Origin: Macrostomum lignano
Taxonomy: Eukaryota
Direction: 5' to 3'
DNA length: 64,000 nucleotides
Assembly (NCBI GenBank): GCA_002269645.1
Contig: NIVC01003467.1
Location: 1-64,000, forward strand
The stretch's first letter is position 1. Each line of letters starts with the position of its first letter. This document shows positions 39,689-53,125 of the stretch, in pieces. A program made the translations under genes and the position numbers. The notes below the pieces were generated by a model. The model worked only from the letters and a program-made list of their open reading frames with translations, did not search any database and was not told the DNA's origin.

Positions 39689-42286
39689 TTCAGTTGCTAC
39701 GAGAAGTGTACAGACAGACAGTTTTATTTTAATTATTCTGTCTGAAAGGAGTTGATATACACGTATGCGACGCTCACGCTAGGGCTTTTTTGTGCACCAT
39801 TCAAACAACTGAAGGCAGACTAATTGTGTTGCAGACCGCACAAAATATTTTAGCTCTGCCTTGTACAAGCGTACTTGTACATTAATTTAAGTTAATGGTA
39901 AAGTCAGTGTAAAGTAAAAAATCAATAATTTGAACCGTTGGGTTTGCTCACGGTCACGACAGCTGTTGTAGCAAAGAATGTATGGATAGAAAACTTAGTG
40001 TTTCTCTCGCTCTATTGTACATTGTCTTTTGGTTTTCCTAGAAAGGACTTTTTATTTAGTTTTGCCTACTCAATTGCGTGCCAGTTCACCTTAACCTCAT
40101 TAGATCTATCTAAAAATGCAATTTTAACTATATTGGACTAGCAATTTTAGCCCCCCATTTGGGGGAAAGGGCTGAAAAATCAAGCATTAGCTACTATGAT
40201 ACTATGATGGAAAATCCCCAGGATGACATCCGTTCATTACTTGGAACAAGTTCCTAAAAGTAGCACATCCCCTCATAGTGAAAAAGCACTTAGAATAATA
40301 AGGAATTCTTTCAAACGTATAAAAAATTAACGTTTTATTGAGTTTTCATGGTAACGAAATAAAAAATTTGCTTTAATTTTTCTAACTCGCGTTACCTTCC
40401 GTTACTCTCTTTTTTAGCTTCTTCTTGTGACGGGGGACTTGTGGAAAACTTCATTGTTTTACTATCATTTTTACTATCAGTAGACTACTACGTACCTGGT
40501 AAGTGTATCATATTTTGTATGAATTCTGTGTACGAGTACATTCATTGAATCGGCTTTTATATGTCGGCAAGTGATGAATTTTTAACAAATCAATAATTTG
40601 CCCAGCGCCCATCGTAACTCTCAGCCAATTACAATTCGCTGTATCATCTATCGTTTTATATTAACTGTTCGTTTTTCGTCGCTACTCAAAAACAAATAAA
40701 AAACTTGGCCAACTAAGCAAGCAAAATATATATAAATTCAATTGAATATTGGACTGCGCTATACTTGCATTTTTCTTCGGTCTTGTTCGGTCTTGTTCTG
40801 CCAAGGACTGCCAGATTAAATTCGTCACATTCTTACAGATTTTCTTCCGGTTTTTTCGCCATTTTTCCTGGCACTGACGACAATCGTTTTACACCTAAAA
40901 CTTACCTTTTTTAAAAGGTTTATTATTAAATTTAGATCTTTTTGGTCAACCTATACTATTTGAATGAAAAATGAAAAGAAACAAGCAAATACACGCGAAA
41001 TTATTGTTGCAGATTCTTGGAAACACAAACTGATATAATTGTACAGGTGTGTCAGGTGAGAACCTAAGACACGACGTATACATGATTTTCTCCCGATTAA
41101 TTAAACTCTCTGACAAAGCAGCTCGATGCTTGTCTTCAATTAGGAACGTCATTTGTTTTATTCTGCTGATGTTGTTCAAATTTTCAACCACAATTACCAA
41201 CTAATCAACAGAACAGAGTTTTGAAACACGTCTGCGATTGATGGACTTGATGGCATTAAGAGTTTTACTATCAATTCAAGTCTTCTTGTCTTCTTCGATG
41301 CGGATTCGAGTTCTGGGACTATCATTAAGTTGCTCTTCACCAAGTACTACTAATCCTCCGAAGCTACCTTTTTTGCAAAAGCTGTCAAAAATCTTTGCAG
41401 TGGAATTAGTAGAATTCTTGCTATGTTTATTCATTGTAGCAACTGCCATTTGTCCCATCCATCTAATATACAGGAAAAAAAACTATTTTTGGACAGAGAA
41501 ATAAGCAAACCATTTCATTAAATTGGAGAGAGTGATGGGTGCACATGGATAAACACAGGCTCTCAGTTCTCAGTCCCTAATGGTCGGCCAATAGAGACAG
41601 CACAACCCTCTTGAAAATGAGGGAGGTTGTAGGAACGAGGAACGAGCTTACCTTTAAAACTGACTCAGTCGCCTTAGTTATCTAAGCTCATTGCATGGGT
41701 TCCTTAATAAAGTTCATTTAACATAGTCTTTATTTAACATTTGAAACTCAGAAGACAAAAAAAATTATTCAAATATAGGCCAACCCTACCGCTCCGACCC
41801 GAGTTTGCTGTCCAATTTCTATTTATTAGTAATTCTGACTGCTCAGACGGTTGAGCTTAGATCTTATCTGATCTTATCTGGCTAAAGTATCTGAATCTGA
41901 ATAGCTTTGCTAACAAATTTTCTTTCTTGAACGCAAGCATTTCTATTCCTAAATAATTTAGACTGGCCTGTTCTTTATGGGGGTTAGGGGCTAAGTATGA
42001 GTATGTACCCATTAGATTTTTCTGTCTGGCTCTTAAAATCTTAAATAGCTCACAGATTGCACAGCTGCACAATAGAGACAACATTACGAAGCTAGCACAG
42101 GGTAATTTCAATTCTCAAGCATTTCAAGGGCGATTTCTAAGAAAGATGTGCGCAGACTACAGAGATGTCGAGGTAAGAAAGTTTAATATTTCAATTGTGC
42201 AAAATTGATCCCCAAATCTACATGTATGTCTAACATTAAATTCAATAATGCTTTCTTGTTGATAGTACGTAGTACATGTATTGTCG

Positions 42287-42470
42287 TAGTTAGCTAAATT
42301 ATAGTTGATAACTGCGATAGTTTGCTAAATTATAGTTGATAACTGCGATAGTTTGCTAAATTATAGTTGATAACTGCGATAGTTTGCTAAATTATAGTTG
42401 ATAACTGCGATAGTTTGCTAAATTATAGTTGATAACTGCGATAGTTAGCTAAATTATAGTTGATAACTGC
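42287..42470. repeat. 31-bp tandem repeat (GCTAAATTATAGTTGATAACTGCGATAGTTT), about 6 units
   Basis: Direct inspection. Confidence 0.95.
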
Positions 42471-42981
42471 GAGCGTAGAAATCAGCGCCCCCGTTGGGGA
42501 GCTAACAAAGAATGGAATACAAATTTTTGAATAAATTACATGTAGCTTCTCCTTGCAATAACCTCTGAAATTCCCCTTGTAAGTGGCTACGGGCTTCGGG
42601 GTTGGATTTAATGGCTGTGAATAACGAGACAATCACAAGTCCCAAATGACGCTTTTGTTGTTGAACTGCCCTAAAAATCTGCTCCTCCCTACTCAACTGC
42701 CAGGAATTTTCTTTTCCTCCCTTTGAGTTCCCACTTTTCCCAGCTCTTTTGCACTCCTGATCACCATCCCTTCACTAAAGTCGTACATATTAGATCGCGA
42801 GTTTGCAACTCCAAAATCCATCGGCTTGACAGCTTTTTGCGGGGTTACAATTGATTTTCAAATTTTTACCCGCGATATTTTGTTACATTAAAATTTTTTT
42901 AGGGCTAACGCTTCTCGAGATTTATGGACTTGGAGGTGTGCCTGGTTGCTAGCGAGCTGTCTGAAGGCTGATTCTCGGGGC

Positions 42982-43245
42982 GTGCCATCTATAGGGGGTG
43001 CCATCTATAGGGGGTGCCATCTATAGGGGGTGCCATCTATAGGGGTGCCATCTATAGGGGTGCCATCTATAGGGGGTGCCATCTATAGGGGGTGCCATCT
43101 ATAGGGGTGCCATCTATAGGGGTGCCATCTATAGGGGGTGCCATCTATAGGGGTGCCATCTATAGGAGTGCCATCTATAGGGGTGCCATCTATAGGGGGT
43201 GCCATCTATAGGGGGTGCCATCTATAGGGGGTGCCATCTAGGGGG
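42982..43245. repeat. 15-17-bp tandem repeat (GTGCCATCTATAGGGG[G]), about 17 units
   Basis: Direct inspection. Confidence 0.95.
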
Positions 43246-43362
43246 CGAAGTTTGGAAACCCGACCTTGTTTGTTTGCAACTCAACTGTGATTTTGCAGCT
43301 TAAAAAATTACAATCTTATATTTCCTGCCAAGGTTTAAACTGTCTATTTCTACCAGACAAAC

Positions 43363-46300
43363 ATGAAGCATGACCAAAAACCATACTGGAACTTTCAGTT
43401 ACAAAAGCTCTGCAGGCTCGTCATCCGCGGTGACTACCCTCTGCTACGTCAGCAGGCTACAGAGCAGCTGGTAGCTGCGGCTGATGGGGCAGGTAGGACT
43501 GTCCTCATGCTGGTGGCTGGCACTCGTTCGACAATCGTACAGTCTGAAAAGTGCATACGGTACTTAATCCAGCTGGGCGCGGATCCCATGGCAGCTGATC
43601 AAACTGGAAACACGGCTGCTCACCTTGCGGCCCAGCGGGACCATCTGCGGCTGCTGGAGCTGCTGCCGTTCAATGCGAAGTGGCTGTCGAACCAGCAGGG
43701 CGCCACTCCGCTGATGGAGGCGTCGCGGACCGGCAGCTGGAGATGCGCCAAGCACCTGTTGCACCTGTTGCGGCAGAAGGCCTGGAACAACAGTAGGAGG
43801 TTTGGAAACGAAACAAGAGAAGAGCTGCTTGGTCAGACAGATGCCGACGGGCAAACAGCGTTGGATCTTGCTCGGCGCAGTGGCTACAAAGATATGGCTG
43901 CGGAAATTGAGCTGTGAGTTCTTGCTAACTCTGACTCTGAAACGTTATTTACCGTAATTTACAGGTTTCTCCATAGCAAAGTAGGCAGGCATATCCCGGA
44001 TCTGTTTAGTTACAAATAAAATTACATTTAAAACTATTTTTAGAGAGCTGCGACTATCGGTGGATAGATCGGGGTTTATTCACGGCCTCACAGAATCCGT
44101 AAGTTTGCACATTTTTCTGTGGTGTTGCACTCAGATGGATTTGCCTATGATCCGTCACGTTTTTACTCCAAAAAGTTTTTTACCCTCAGCTTGGCTCCTC
44201 TCTCAACTACGTTCTTTATAACTTGAATGATGATTCATGGTCTCAAAATTGGCACTTTTGGCTCGGCTCCTGCAAAGTCCCCTGGAGTCTGAGAGGTCTC
44301 CCAGTAGAGTAGCTAGTTTGTGGGTCTGGATGTCAGAGCCATCCCGGTCTCGTCCAGTGAGAAAACTTGACGATTTAACTAGTTTCGCCGAGACTTAAGT
44401 CATCATCCCCCTTCGTCATCAAGTTAGCGATGAAGCCTGAGATCATTTGAGATCAGCACAGCATGTTGGTTCTGCATGTAGTGTAGTTTTACATATGTAG
44501 TTCCGCATATTTTCCGCTAAATCATACATATTATTTGCTAAGTCGGGGCATTTCAGGCCAAGACCGTACATATGCATGTACATTATGGTTATTCGATAAT
44601 GTATTTATATGTTCAGCTGTTCAGTGTATATATTCATATGTTCAGTGTATTTATAGGTTCAATTCAAGTTACCTCCTACAAAAGTTCTCTCTGTCCCTGT
44701 ATGGTCAATGGAATGTAGTCCCAGCAGTGTCCCTTGATATCAAATATAATTTGGGGATGGACAGCAAAAAGTTTACAGGTAAGTCCAGTGCCCCATCTAG
44801 TCGTATATCTGATTGTAAAGGAGAAGCTGATTTCGTGAGTTACATGTAGTTGGAACGGATTTGGTGCACGGTGGGTTAGTTCAATCTCAGGGTAAGTAAC
44901 AGCATACAATGGTAGCTTCTAGTATTCCCTGGCTTGTCTCTCGCTGCCTGCTCCTAGCTCATAAATGGCAAGTCTTTTGTATGCTTTTAGAATTTGTAAA
45001 ATTCTTGCAAAAATATTTAGGAAGAGGCGATCAGAGCTGAGCTGGAGCAGCTGGCAAGATCCGGTGACGCGATGGAGCTGCGACGAGTTGTGACTCGAAG
45101 CAACTGCGACCTGCCTGACGCCCGCGGCTTCACCCTGCCAATGTGGGCAGCTGCCAACAAGGAACTGAATGATCCGGAATTGTGGGCTCGCCTGCTGCAA
45201 CTGGCTGATGCCACCTGCGCAGCGGTGTCAGGAGAGAGCTGTCTGCATCGGGCAGCTGGCAGCGGTAGCCCCATCGCAGCTAATGCGCTAATGGATGCTG
45301 GAGCGTCATCAAACAGCACAGCCCAGTTCGGACTCACACCCTTGATGGTGGCGGCCAGTGCGGAGAGACTCAGCAATGCTGACGCGGTGGGCTGGGTTCT
45401 GCTGTCTGCCGGATCTGACTGGACGGCCATCGAACGAAAGGGCAGGACTGCCTTGAACTTGGCTACTAAGAATCCGTATAGATCTGACGGATTAGTTGAG
45501 CTGCTGAGTGGGTAAGCTGCCAATTTACTCATTTGAAAACGTAATCTAAAAAATGAAAGCCGCTAGAAGTTACGGTTGTATCGATGCACATTTTTCGGAA
45601 GTCCACGTTTGCTCAAAATTGCATGAACAGTGTTGGCCGGGTCATAGCATTTATCTCGACGGAATCAAGATTCAAATCTGATGGTGGTTCCGTTGATGCA
45701 GAGTATTACAGGTCACAACTCTTGCAACATGAAGGGGTGGCGCATACCAGTACAGTAACCCGACTTCGGCGATGTTGCATTTTGGCCGACGTTTTCGAAG
45801 TCCATCTACGACGCTAGAAAATAAAAATTTTTACATTGCGTCGACATTTGACCGACATATTTCAGGATGTACGCCCCACGTTTCAGCAGAGTTAGTCAAA
45901 ATAATCTGGTGTAAGGATTCTTCGGCCATAATCTCAGATGAATTCGTTCGTTTCGATGCAACCAAATACCCAAAACACCAAATGCATTTATCAGTATGCT
46001 TATACGAAATCTATTGAACCTTAGCACGATATTTAATAATATATGATGCACATGCATAATCTCCATGCAATGCAGATACGATGGAAAGGGTTACTTCGAC
46101 GAGCCGATTGAACCACCGTGAGTTGACCTTTGTAATTTTGTTACAAAACAATACAACACTGCATTACTTACAACACTGCATAGAGGGTTTCAAATAAATA
46201 TTATAAATATAAAAGATGAAAGCTCATAGTTTGTCTCGTGTCACATATGCATGTCACTTGTTCCGCCACATAGTTGGTCACTAAAAAACGTCGTCCGTAC

Positions 46301-47807
46301 GGGTCATGACACCTGGCGTGAAAATAACAAACAAAACTGTATTTTATTGACAAACATTTCAGCAAACCCTTTTGGAGGAGTTGGTCCAACAAGATTTTGC
46401 TCGGACGTGGCGGCTTCGGTGACGTTAACGAAGTGTTCACCGACAGAGAGGTCAGATGCGTCGCAAAGACTCTCAGATTTCCCATACAGTTGGGAGACGA
46501 TCGTCACGTCTTGTCTGAAAAAGTTAACAAAGCAGTTGAAAGCGAGAGGAATATGTGCTTACTATGGCATGAGAACATCGTCCGATTCATGCACATTGCT
46601 CAGCAGGAGCAAATAACGGTTGTGATATTCATGGAGCTCCTTAGTGGCCAGTCATTAGAAAGGTTTCTTCAAGAAAAGCCCCTAGAAGAAGCTACGACTA
46701 GGAAGTTCTGCACACAGGTAAGAGAATCGGATTTTGTTCACACGTCTTTTTATAAACTATAGAACAGTCAGGAACCTGGGGAAAGTTTTTATGGAGAGTG
46801 AATAGAATTCAACCTTATATAAAACTTCTCAGATTCCGCAGCGGGGTGCTGTACTTTGTTACCGCACACGACACTTTATTTGCTAAAAGTGCAAGCGTCC
46901 TTTAAACGGACTTTTGACGCATTTTAGCATATCGCATCTCTATAGGGAACCAGGGAGCTATAAATTGCTGTTTCAAAGTGACATTCAAGAGATTATTTAT
47001 CAAACTGAAAGGTACATGTACACGTATGTATTCACCTCTTTCGAGATTTATTCTTTCGTATTTGGTTTCTCATATTTTTCGAACGACAGTTTATCCAAAA
47101 TAATTGTAAGGTTGGAGATGAAAGGGTCCCCAATTTAAAATTAAAACCCTAAATTACTGCATACATCGCTAAAGGGAAGATTAGCGTTGATGTAGCTCGT
47201 GTCATACCCCAGCTAGGCTGCACACTGTGAGATTGTTTCTGAGTATTAAACGTAAATGCAGATCACCATGACTGCTTTTCAATTTGGCTGGCAGATCTGC
47301 AGCGCTCTGGAGTACATGCACGGAAGACAACGGCCCGTGATCCACAGGGACATCAACTGCGCCAACATTATTGTACTCGCTGACAACACCCGGATTAAGC
47401 TGATCGACTTCGGCTTGTCAATCAAACTGGAGGAGTCGGTCAGCCACTATTCAGCTTCCGCAGCGACACCAAAAGGCACGTTGAACTTCATGGCGCCGGA
47501 GCTGGTGGCGCCTGAAGGTCTGGCAAACCCGCGGTACAGCAGAGAGTCGGACATCTGGGCGCTCGGCTGCTCGCTCTACCAGATGGCATCCGGGATCAGG
47601 CCCTACGCTGGGATTAAAAACTTCCTGCAGTTGGCCTATCAGCTGGATAAAAACGGTGCCCCAGACCTTCCAGATGGTTGCTCTGCTCAACTAATTAACT
47701 TCTACGGCTGCTGCACTGCTAAGGATAGAAGAGAGCGCAAGTCTGCAGAGGAGCTGATGCAGCACGAGTTTCTGACGTCAAATTGGCACACTCTTGCAAT
47801 CGTTTAA
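43363..47807 (+). CDS. Double-ankyrin-module Ser/Thr protein kinase, paralog B. Exons 43363-43913, 44044-44098, 45021-45511, 46363-46717 and 47295-47807.
   Basis: Same exon phases as paralog A, including a 55-nt micro-exon (ELRLSVDRSGFIHGLTES versus EMYLTLDQNGLISGLSAQ). Kinase motifs GRGGFG, VAK, HRDINCAN, DFG and APE. An upstream exon is possible (acceptor near 43356). Confidence 0.88.
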
Positions 47808-47904
47808 AGTGCTTTTGTTAATTTAACATCTGCGTCGACTGCAGAATGTAATATTTATTCATTTATTCATAGTTTCTTTAAGAGTTCGAAAGAGTAAACA
47901 AATG

Positions 47905-48095
47905 TCTGGATGAAGCTGTAAGGCTGAGCAGTGGGTCTGGATGACGGTGTGAGGCTGAGCAGTTGGTCTGGATGAAGTTAAGTGGTTACCGTGATGTCGT
48001 AATGAGGCAATGTTACTGCTAGTTACCGTGATGACGCAATGATCTTGAAAATCAAGTAACTCAAATCAATTATAACTCATAAATAAATTTGTGTG
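47905..48095. repeat. Dispersed repeat, copy 1 (direct copy at 56030-56258)
   Basis: GATGAAGCTGTAAGGCTGAGCAG...GTAACTCAAATCA.TTATAACTCATAAATAAATTTGTG is shared, with scattered substitutions and indels. Confidence 0.8.
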
Positions 48096-48311
48096 TATGA
48101 ATATACTTTACCATAAATAAACAAATATTGCAATCGTTACTCTCTGAGTAAGGTGTGTTAGACACGCCGGAGGGTGCCGCTGTACATGCCTCTGAACTCT
48201 GGCGGGGGTTAAGGTGTGGGGGTGTTGGCCGCGCCGGCCAGCTTAAAGCCTCTGCACCCGGCCCGGCTTGTCTCCGCCGCCATTTCTCAATTTTTTTGCT
48301 CAGCCACCGCC

Positions 48312-51300
48312 ATGAGTGCCAGCCCAAAGTGACAAAACGTGCGCCAACTCAATGCTGAGTTGCGAAACAGAGGCCTGCCTACTATGGGCCGCAAACAACA
48401 GCTCTCCAAGCGCTTGTCCACTGCACTCGGTTTAGAGCGAGCTGACGAAGACTTCAACAACTCCAAGATGACTTTTGCTCCGGACGCCGAGGACGGCATC
48501 GGCAGCGCAGCGAGGCGCCTCCGGGGGCGGAGAGTGACCGGCTGGCGGCGCTGCAGCAGGAGGTGGAGCTGCTCGAACTGCAAGTCCTGGAAGGCCGTCG
48601 TCGAGATCTTCAGCAACAGCTTCACACTCGGCAGCGCTTGACGGCTCAGCCCCAGCCAGCATTATCATCAGGTGAGAAAAACGCAGATGCCAGTCTGCAG
48701 TTGCCCGAAGTTTTTGAATCTGGGATGAGGGAGGCGGCTCAGCTTCAGGCCGCTAATTGCCAGGCTCCGACTCGCAAGTTGCATCTCGTCAGAGACTACA
48801 TCAAGCTAGCCAGAGGACCCGGCTCTGAAAGTCAGGAGCAACTGATCGCCACAATGGAGAATGGCTCTCTCATATTCAGAAAGCAGGAGCCGAAGCTGTC
48901 CAGTATCTCTGCGGGTCAGTGGATCGCGGCTAACTCAATCATCCTGCAAAAGCTGATCAAGGAAAAACTCCCGGCGGCTGCCGGAAGCACTGATGGTCTC
49001 CTGACTAACGTCCTTGCCTACCTTGACTACAATCGCAAGATCAGAGAGCTGCTGGCCGCTGACTACTCGGAGTCCGTAATCTGGGAGTTTGTCGAGGACT
49101 ACCGAAGGCTGGTGGCGGAGTCGGGCATGGCGTGGGGTGAGGAGCCCCCTCAGCTGTACCACAAGCACCTCAACGCCCCCAGAAACCTGCCGTTTATGTT
49201 CACTAAGCAGCCCAGCCAGCAGAAAATCCCGGCAGCATCCAGGCCGATCTGTCTGCGTTTTTAACTCCGAGTCGGGGTGCAGCCGCCAGAACTGCAAGTT
49301 CCGCCACGTCTGCAAAATCCAAGGCTGCCTGGCATCGCACCCAGCCTACGCTCACACTCAGTCGCCGCACCTATCTCTCACCGGACAGCTGTGCGAGTGC
49401 AAAAACTGATGCCATTTTATCCAGCTGACATCTCTGTTTTTAATTCCGAATTCTCTGCTTTTACTTCTTCGCTGCCCATCTCGTCTGACCTGCAACCTGA
49501 CGCCTGGAGTGCTCTGCTCAGCGACGACCCAGACTATAATTTTCTGATGCAAGGCGTCGTCAACAGTCTCGCTCTCACCAATGCTGGCCAGCCGCCTTTG
49601 AATTCGTCCAAGAACCACGCCTCCGCCCTGCTGCACTGCTCTGCTGTGGAAGCCCAGGTCGAGGAGGAGCTGCGCTTTGCGAGGTACATCCGGTGGAGCG
49701 GCCCGATCAAAGTCAACCCCATCGGCGCCGTTCCCAAGTCCGACGGACGGGTCCGCCTGATCCATGACCTGTCCTATCCGACCGGCCGGTCTGTCTGCAA
49801 CGACTGCTACGACCAACAGAAGCACATTAAGTACTGCACTGTCCAGCAGCTGGTTCGTCATCTCCGTCCGGGACACTACATGGCCAAAATTAATCTCAAA
49901 AGCGCCTACAGGTCCGTGCCAATCAGGCCTGCTGACTACCGGCTCGTCGGCCTCGCCTGGTGGTTTGACTCGGACAGCCTGGACAGTCTGCTCTGCGACA
50001 CCAGGCTTCCCTTCGGCGCCAAAGCTGCTTGCGAAGTTTTCCAACGTCTTTCAGCCGTTGTTACCCGGCACATGCACCGGCTTGGCTTTTCTGCCACGGA
50101 GAACTACCTGGATGACTGGGCAGTCGCTGGGAAATCCGAGTCCGGGGCTTTCGCTGCTTTCAATTGCCTGCTGGACATCTTGCAGCGCCTCGGCTTTGCC
50201 ATCAACTGGGACAAGGTTGTCAGGCCTACGCGAGGCATCGACTTCCTTGGCGTGCGCATCAACACCGCTACCGGCACCAAGTCGCTGCCCGAAGAGATAG
50301 CTCTCGAGACGACAAAGCTGCAGACTCAAACCTGCTCGGAGACTCGGGTGCACCTGCGCTCTGCTCAGAAGCTGATTGGCAAGCTTGGCTGGTTCTGTCA
50401 GATTGTCCCTCATGTCAGAGTCATCCTGCGTCCGCTCTTCGACTGGCTTACAACTGCCGTTGACTGCAAGCTTTGGGTGACCGATGAGACCCGCGCCAAA
50501 CTGTCCTGGTGGCTCAGAGCCCTAGCTTGGCTCCCCCCGGTGTCTTTGTGGCCGCGCTTTGATGAGGAGTTTGCCATGGAGACTGACAGCAGCCGGTCAG
50601 GTGCAGCCGCAGTCATCTGGGGTGCCGAGAGTTTCTGGAGTGCCATCGACTGGGAGCTGGACTGCGGTGGTGTGTTCAAGGATGTTCATATCAGCTTCAA
50701 GGAGGCTCTAGGACCTTTGCTGATCATCCTGCACCGTCGCTCTCAGCTAAAAAAACTGCAAAATTGTCATCTACACCGACAGCACCGCTGCGGCTGGCAT
50801 GATCAATCGGCTGAGCTGTCGTGACCCGCGGTTCCTGCAGGTGTACCAGACTGTGGCTCTGCTGTGCATCAGGAACAGCATCGGTTTGGAGGCTTTTCAC
50901 CTTCCTGGTCGGATGCAGATTTTTGCTGATGCCGCCTCCCACATGTTTGCCTCGCAGTCTGAGCTCATTAACTTTTGCTGCCGCTACTACCGTACGCTCG
51001 TGATCTGCCCGCTTGAGTTCGCGTCGCACGCTCTCTCTGCCGCTTCCCAATCTCGCCTCCTTTTGCAGGTCGCCCTCGCCCTCCGGAGATGCCGCCCGCC
51101 CCCTGCGCTGTGTCCGCCGGACACCTGAGCCGCCTCGGCCTGGCGGAGAACTCTGGTGATCCTAACTCAGCTAGCTGCGCTCCTGGGAAGCCTTCTGTTT
51201 TGGCACAGGCCGCCCTTCATCTCCAGCTGACGGTGACCTGCTCTGCCGCTACATCGCGCACCTGGTGAGCACCCGGCTCCGGCCCTTCTCCAGCCTCTGA

Positions 51301-51625
51301 TCGTTTCTGCACCAAGCCACCGGCGCCCCCGACCCAGCGAAAGACTTCACCGTGTAGCTGGCCCTCCGCGGCGCCAAACGTCATCTGGGCCTGCGATGCA
51401 AACAGGCGAAGCCGCTGACCATCGAGCACCTCAAGAGCATCCATCAGCAGCTCCCACGCTCCATCTCAAACGCAGATCTCCGGGCCGCCTTCTGGGCGGC
51501 ACTTCTGGTGGGCTGGTGGGGCATGTTGCGCCTTGGCGACTTCCTATCGACCCGCGGCAGCCGCTCTGTCTCGCGGGCCTGCCTGTCGGCTTCATCTGGC
51601 TGCTGGAAGTTGCCCCTCCCTAAGT
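48312..51625 (+). mobile_element. Decayed tyrosine-recombinase retrotransposon (DIRS order, possibly Ngaro-like): gag-like, RT/RNase H, and a 3'-truncated YR
   Basis: The gag-like ORF has a SAP-like N-terminus and a C-terminal Cys/His knuckle. RT motifs RLIHDLS, KINLKSAYR, LPFG, YLDDW and FLG. RNase H motifs TDSS, HISFKE and FADAAS. The YR N-terminus reads LLCRYIAHL...LRGAKR...FWAALLVGWWGMLRLGDF. Stops and frameshifts are present, and no terminal repeats were recognised. Confidence 0.88.
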
Positions 51626-52082
51626 AGGCTACCATGATTGGAGATCTCTACAGGATATAGGAGTCTAGGCTAGGAGTAGAGGAGCAGCGGAAGCGGCAGC
51701 AAAGGGAGGCGGAGAAGGGGAAGCGGAGCTTCATTCGCACTGAACGCTAGTACATATACTATTTCTATAAGGCATTTCATTGGTGTTCGCTTCACGCAAT
51801 GGGATCTTTACTGCCGCACAAGCATGTGCTGTACTTTCCTGATGCATGTAGTTCAAACACCTGAAAGTCGCTTCGGAATCTTATTCGAATTCTTGTAAAT
51901 CTGATAATGCTAGAGTCGATAGTGAGGCAGCAATATGTGATTTGGTTGCTACTGCTGCCATTGTGCCTGCTGCAGCTGCCTCGATTGATTAAGATAAAAA
52001 ATAAATTTATTTACCGTTAAGCTACTGCTCAGAAGCCGCTAAAATTCTTTCCTTTCGGCGGTGAAACTTTTCATTTTATTTG

Positions 52083-53085
52083 AACTCAGATGGTGTCAGA
52101 AATCACAGAGTTCAGCAATCAGATGGTGTCAGAAATCACAGAGTTCAGCAATCAGAGGGTGTCAGAAATCACAGAGTTCAGCAATCAGAGGGTGTCAGAA
52201 ATCACAGAGTTCAGCAATCAGAGGGTGTCAGAAATCATAGAGTTCAGCAATCAGAGGGTGTCAGAAATCACAGAGTTCACCAATCAGAGGGTGTCAGAAA
52301 TCACAGAGTTCAGCAATCAGAGGGTGTCAGAAATCACAGAGTTCAGCAATCAGATGGTGTCAGAAATCACAGAGTTCACCAATCAGATGGTGTCAGAAAT
52401 CACAGAGTTCAGCAATCAGAGGGTGTCAGAAATCACACAGTTCAGCAATCAGATGGTGTCAGAAATCACACAGTTCAGCAATCAGAGGATGTCAGAAATC
52501 ACAGAGTTCAGCAATCAGATGGTGTCAGAAATCACAGAGTTCAGCAATCAGAGGGTGTCAGAAATCACAGAGTTCAGCAATCAGAGGGTGTCAGAAATCA
52601 TAGAGTTCAGCAATCAGAGGGTGTCAGAAATCACAGAGTTCACCAATCAGATGGTGTCAGAAATCACAGAGTTCAGCAACCAGAGGGTGTCAGAAATCAC
52701 AGAAGTTCACCAATCAGATGGTGTCAGAAATCACAGAGTTCAGCAATCAGAGGATGTCAGAAATCACAGAGTTCACCAATCAGAGGGTGTCAGAAATCAC
52801 AGAGTTCACCAATCAGAGGGTGTCAGAAATCACAGAGTTCACCAATCAGAGGGTGTCAGAAATCACAGAGTTCAGCAATCAGAGGGTGTCAGAAATCACA
52901 GAGTTCACCAATCAGAGGGTGTCAGAAATCACAGAGTTCAGCAATCAGAGGGTGTCAGAAATCACAGAGTTCACCAATCAGATGGTGTCAGAAATCACAG
53001 AGTTCAGCAACCAGAGGGTGTCAGAAATCACAGAGTTCACCAATCAGAGGGTGTCAGAAATCACAGAGTTCAGCAACCAGAAGGC
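52083..53085. repeat. 33-bp tandem repeat (TCAGAAATCACAGAGTTCAGCAATCAGAGGGTG), about 30 units
   Basis: Direct inspection. There is a one-base insertion near 52703. The array abuts the 3' end of the WSC gene. Confidence 0.97.
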
Positions 53086-53125
53086 TTCAGCAACCGAGAC
53101 TCCTTGCTCCGAATCAGGCGGTCCC

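Noticed and set aside
40946-41470. Possible decayed NACHT-like fragment (ILDGWDK...LVKSNLMI) on the minus strand
   Set aside because: Only a weak Walker-B-like resemblance, multiple stops and no Walker A; it cannot be supported by eye.
44685-44778. Candidate exon in kinase B (AG...GTAAGT)
   Set aside because: Its phase is incompatible with the neighbouring exons. The 55-nt exon at 44044-44098 is homologous to paralog A and restores the frame.
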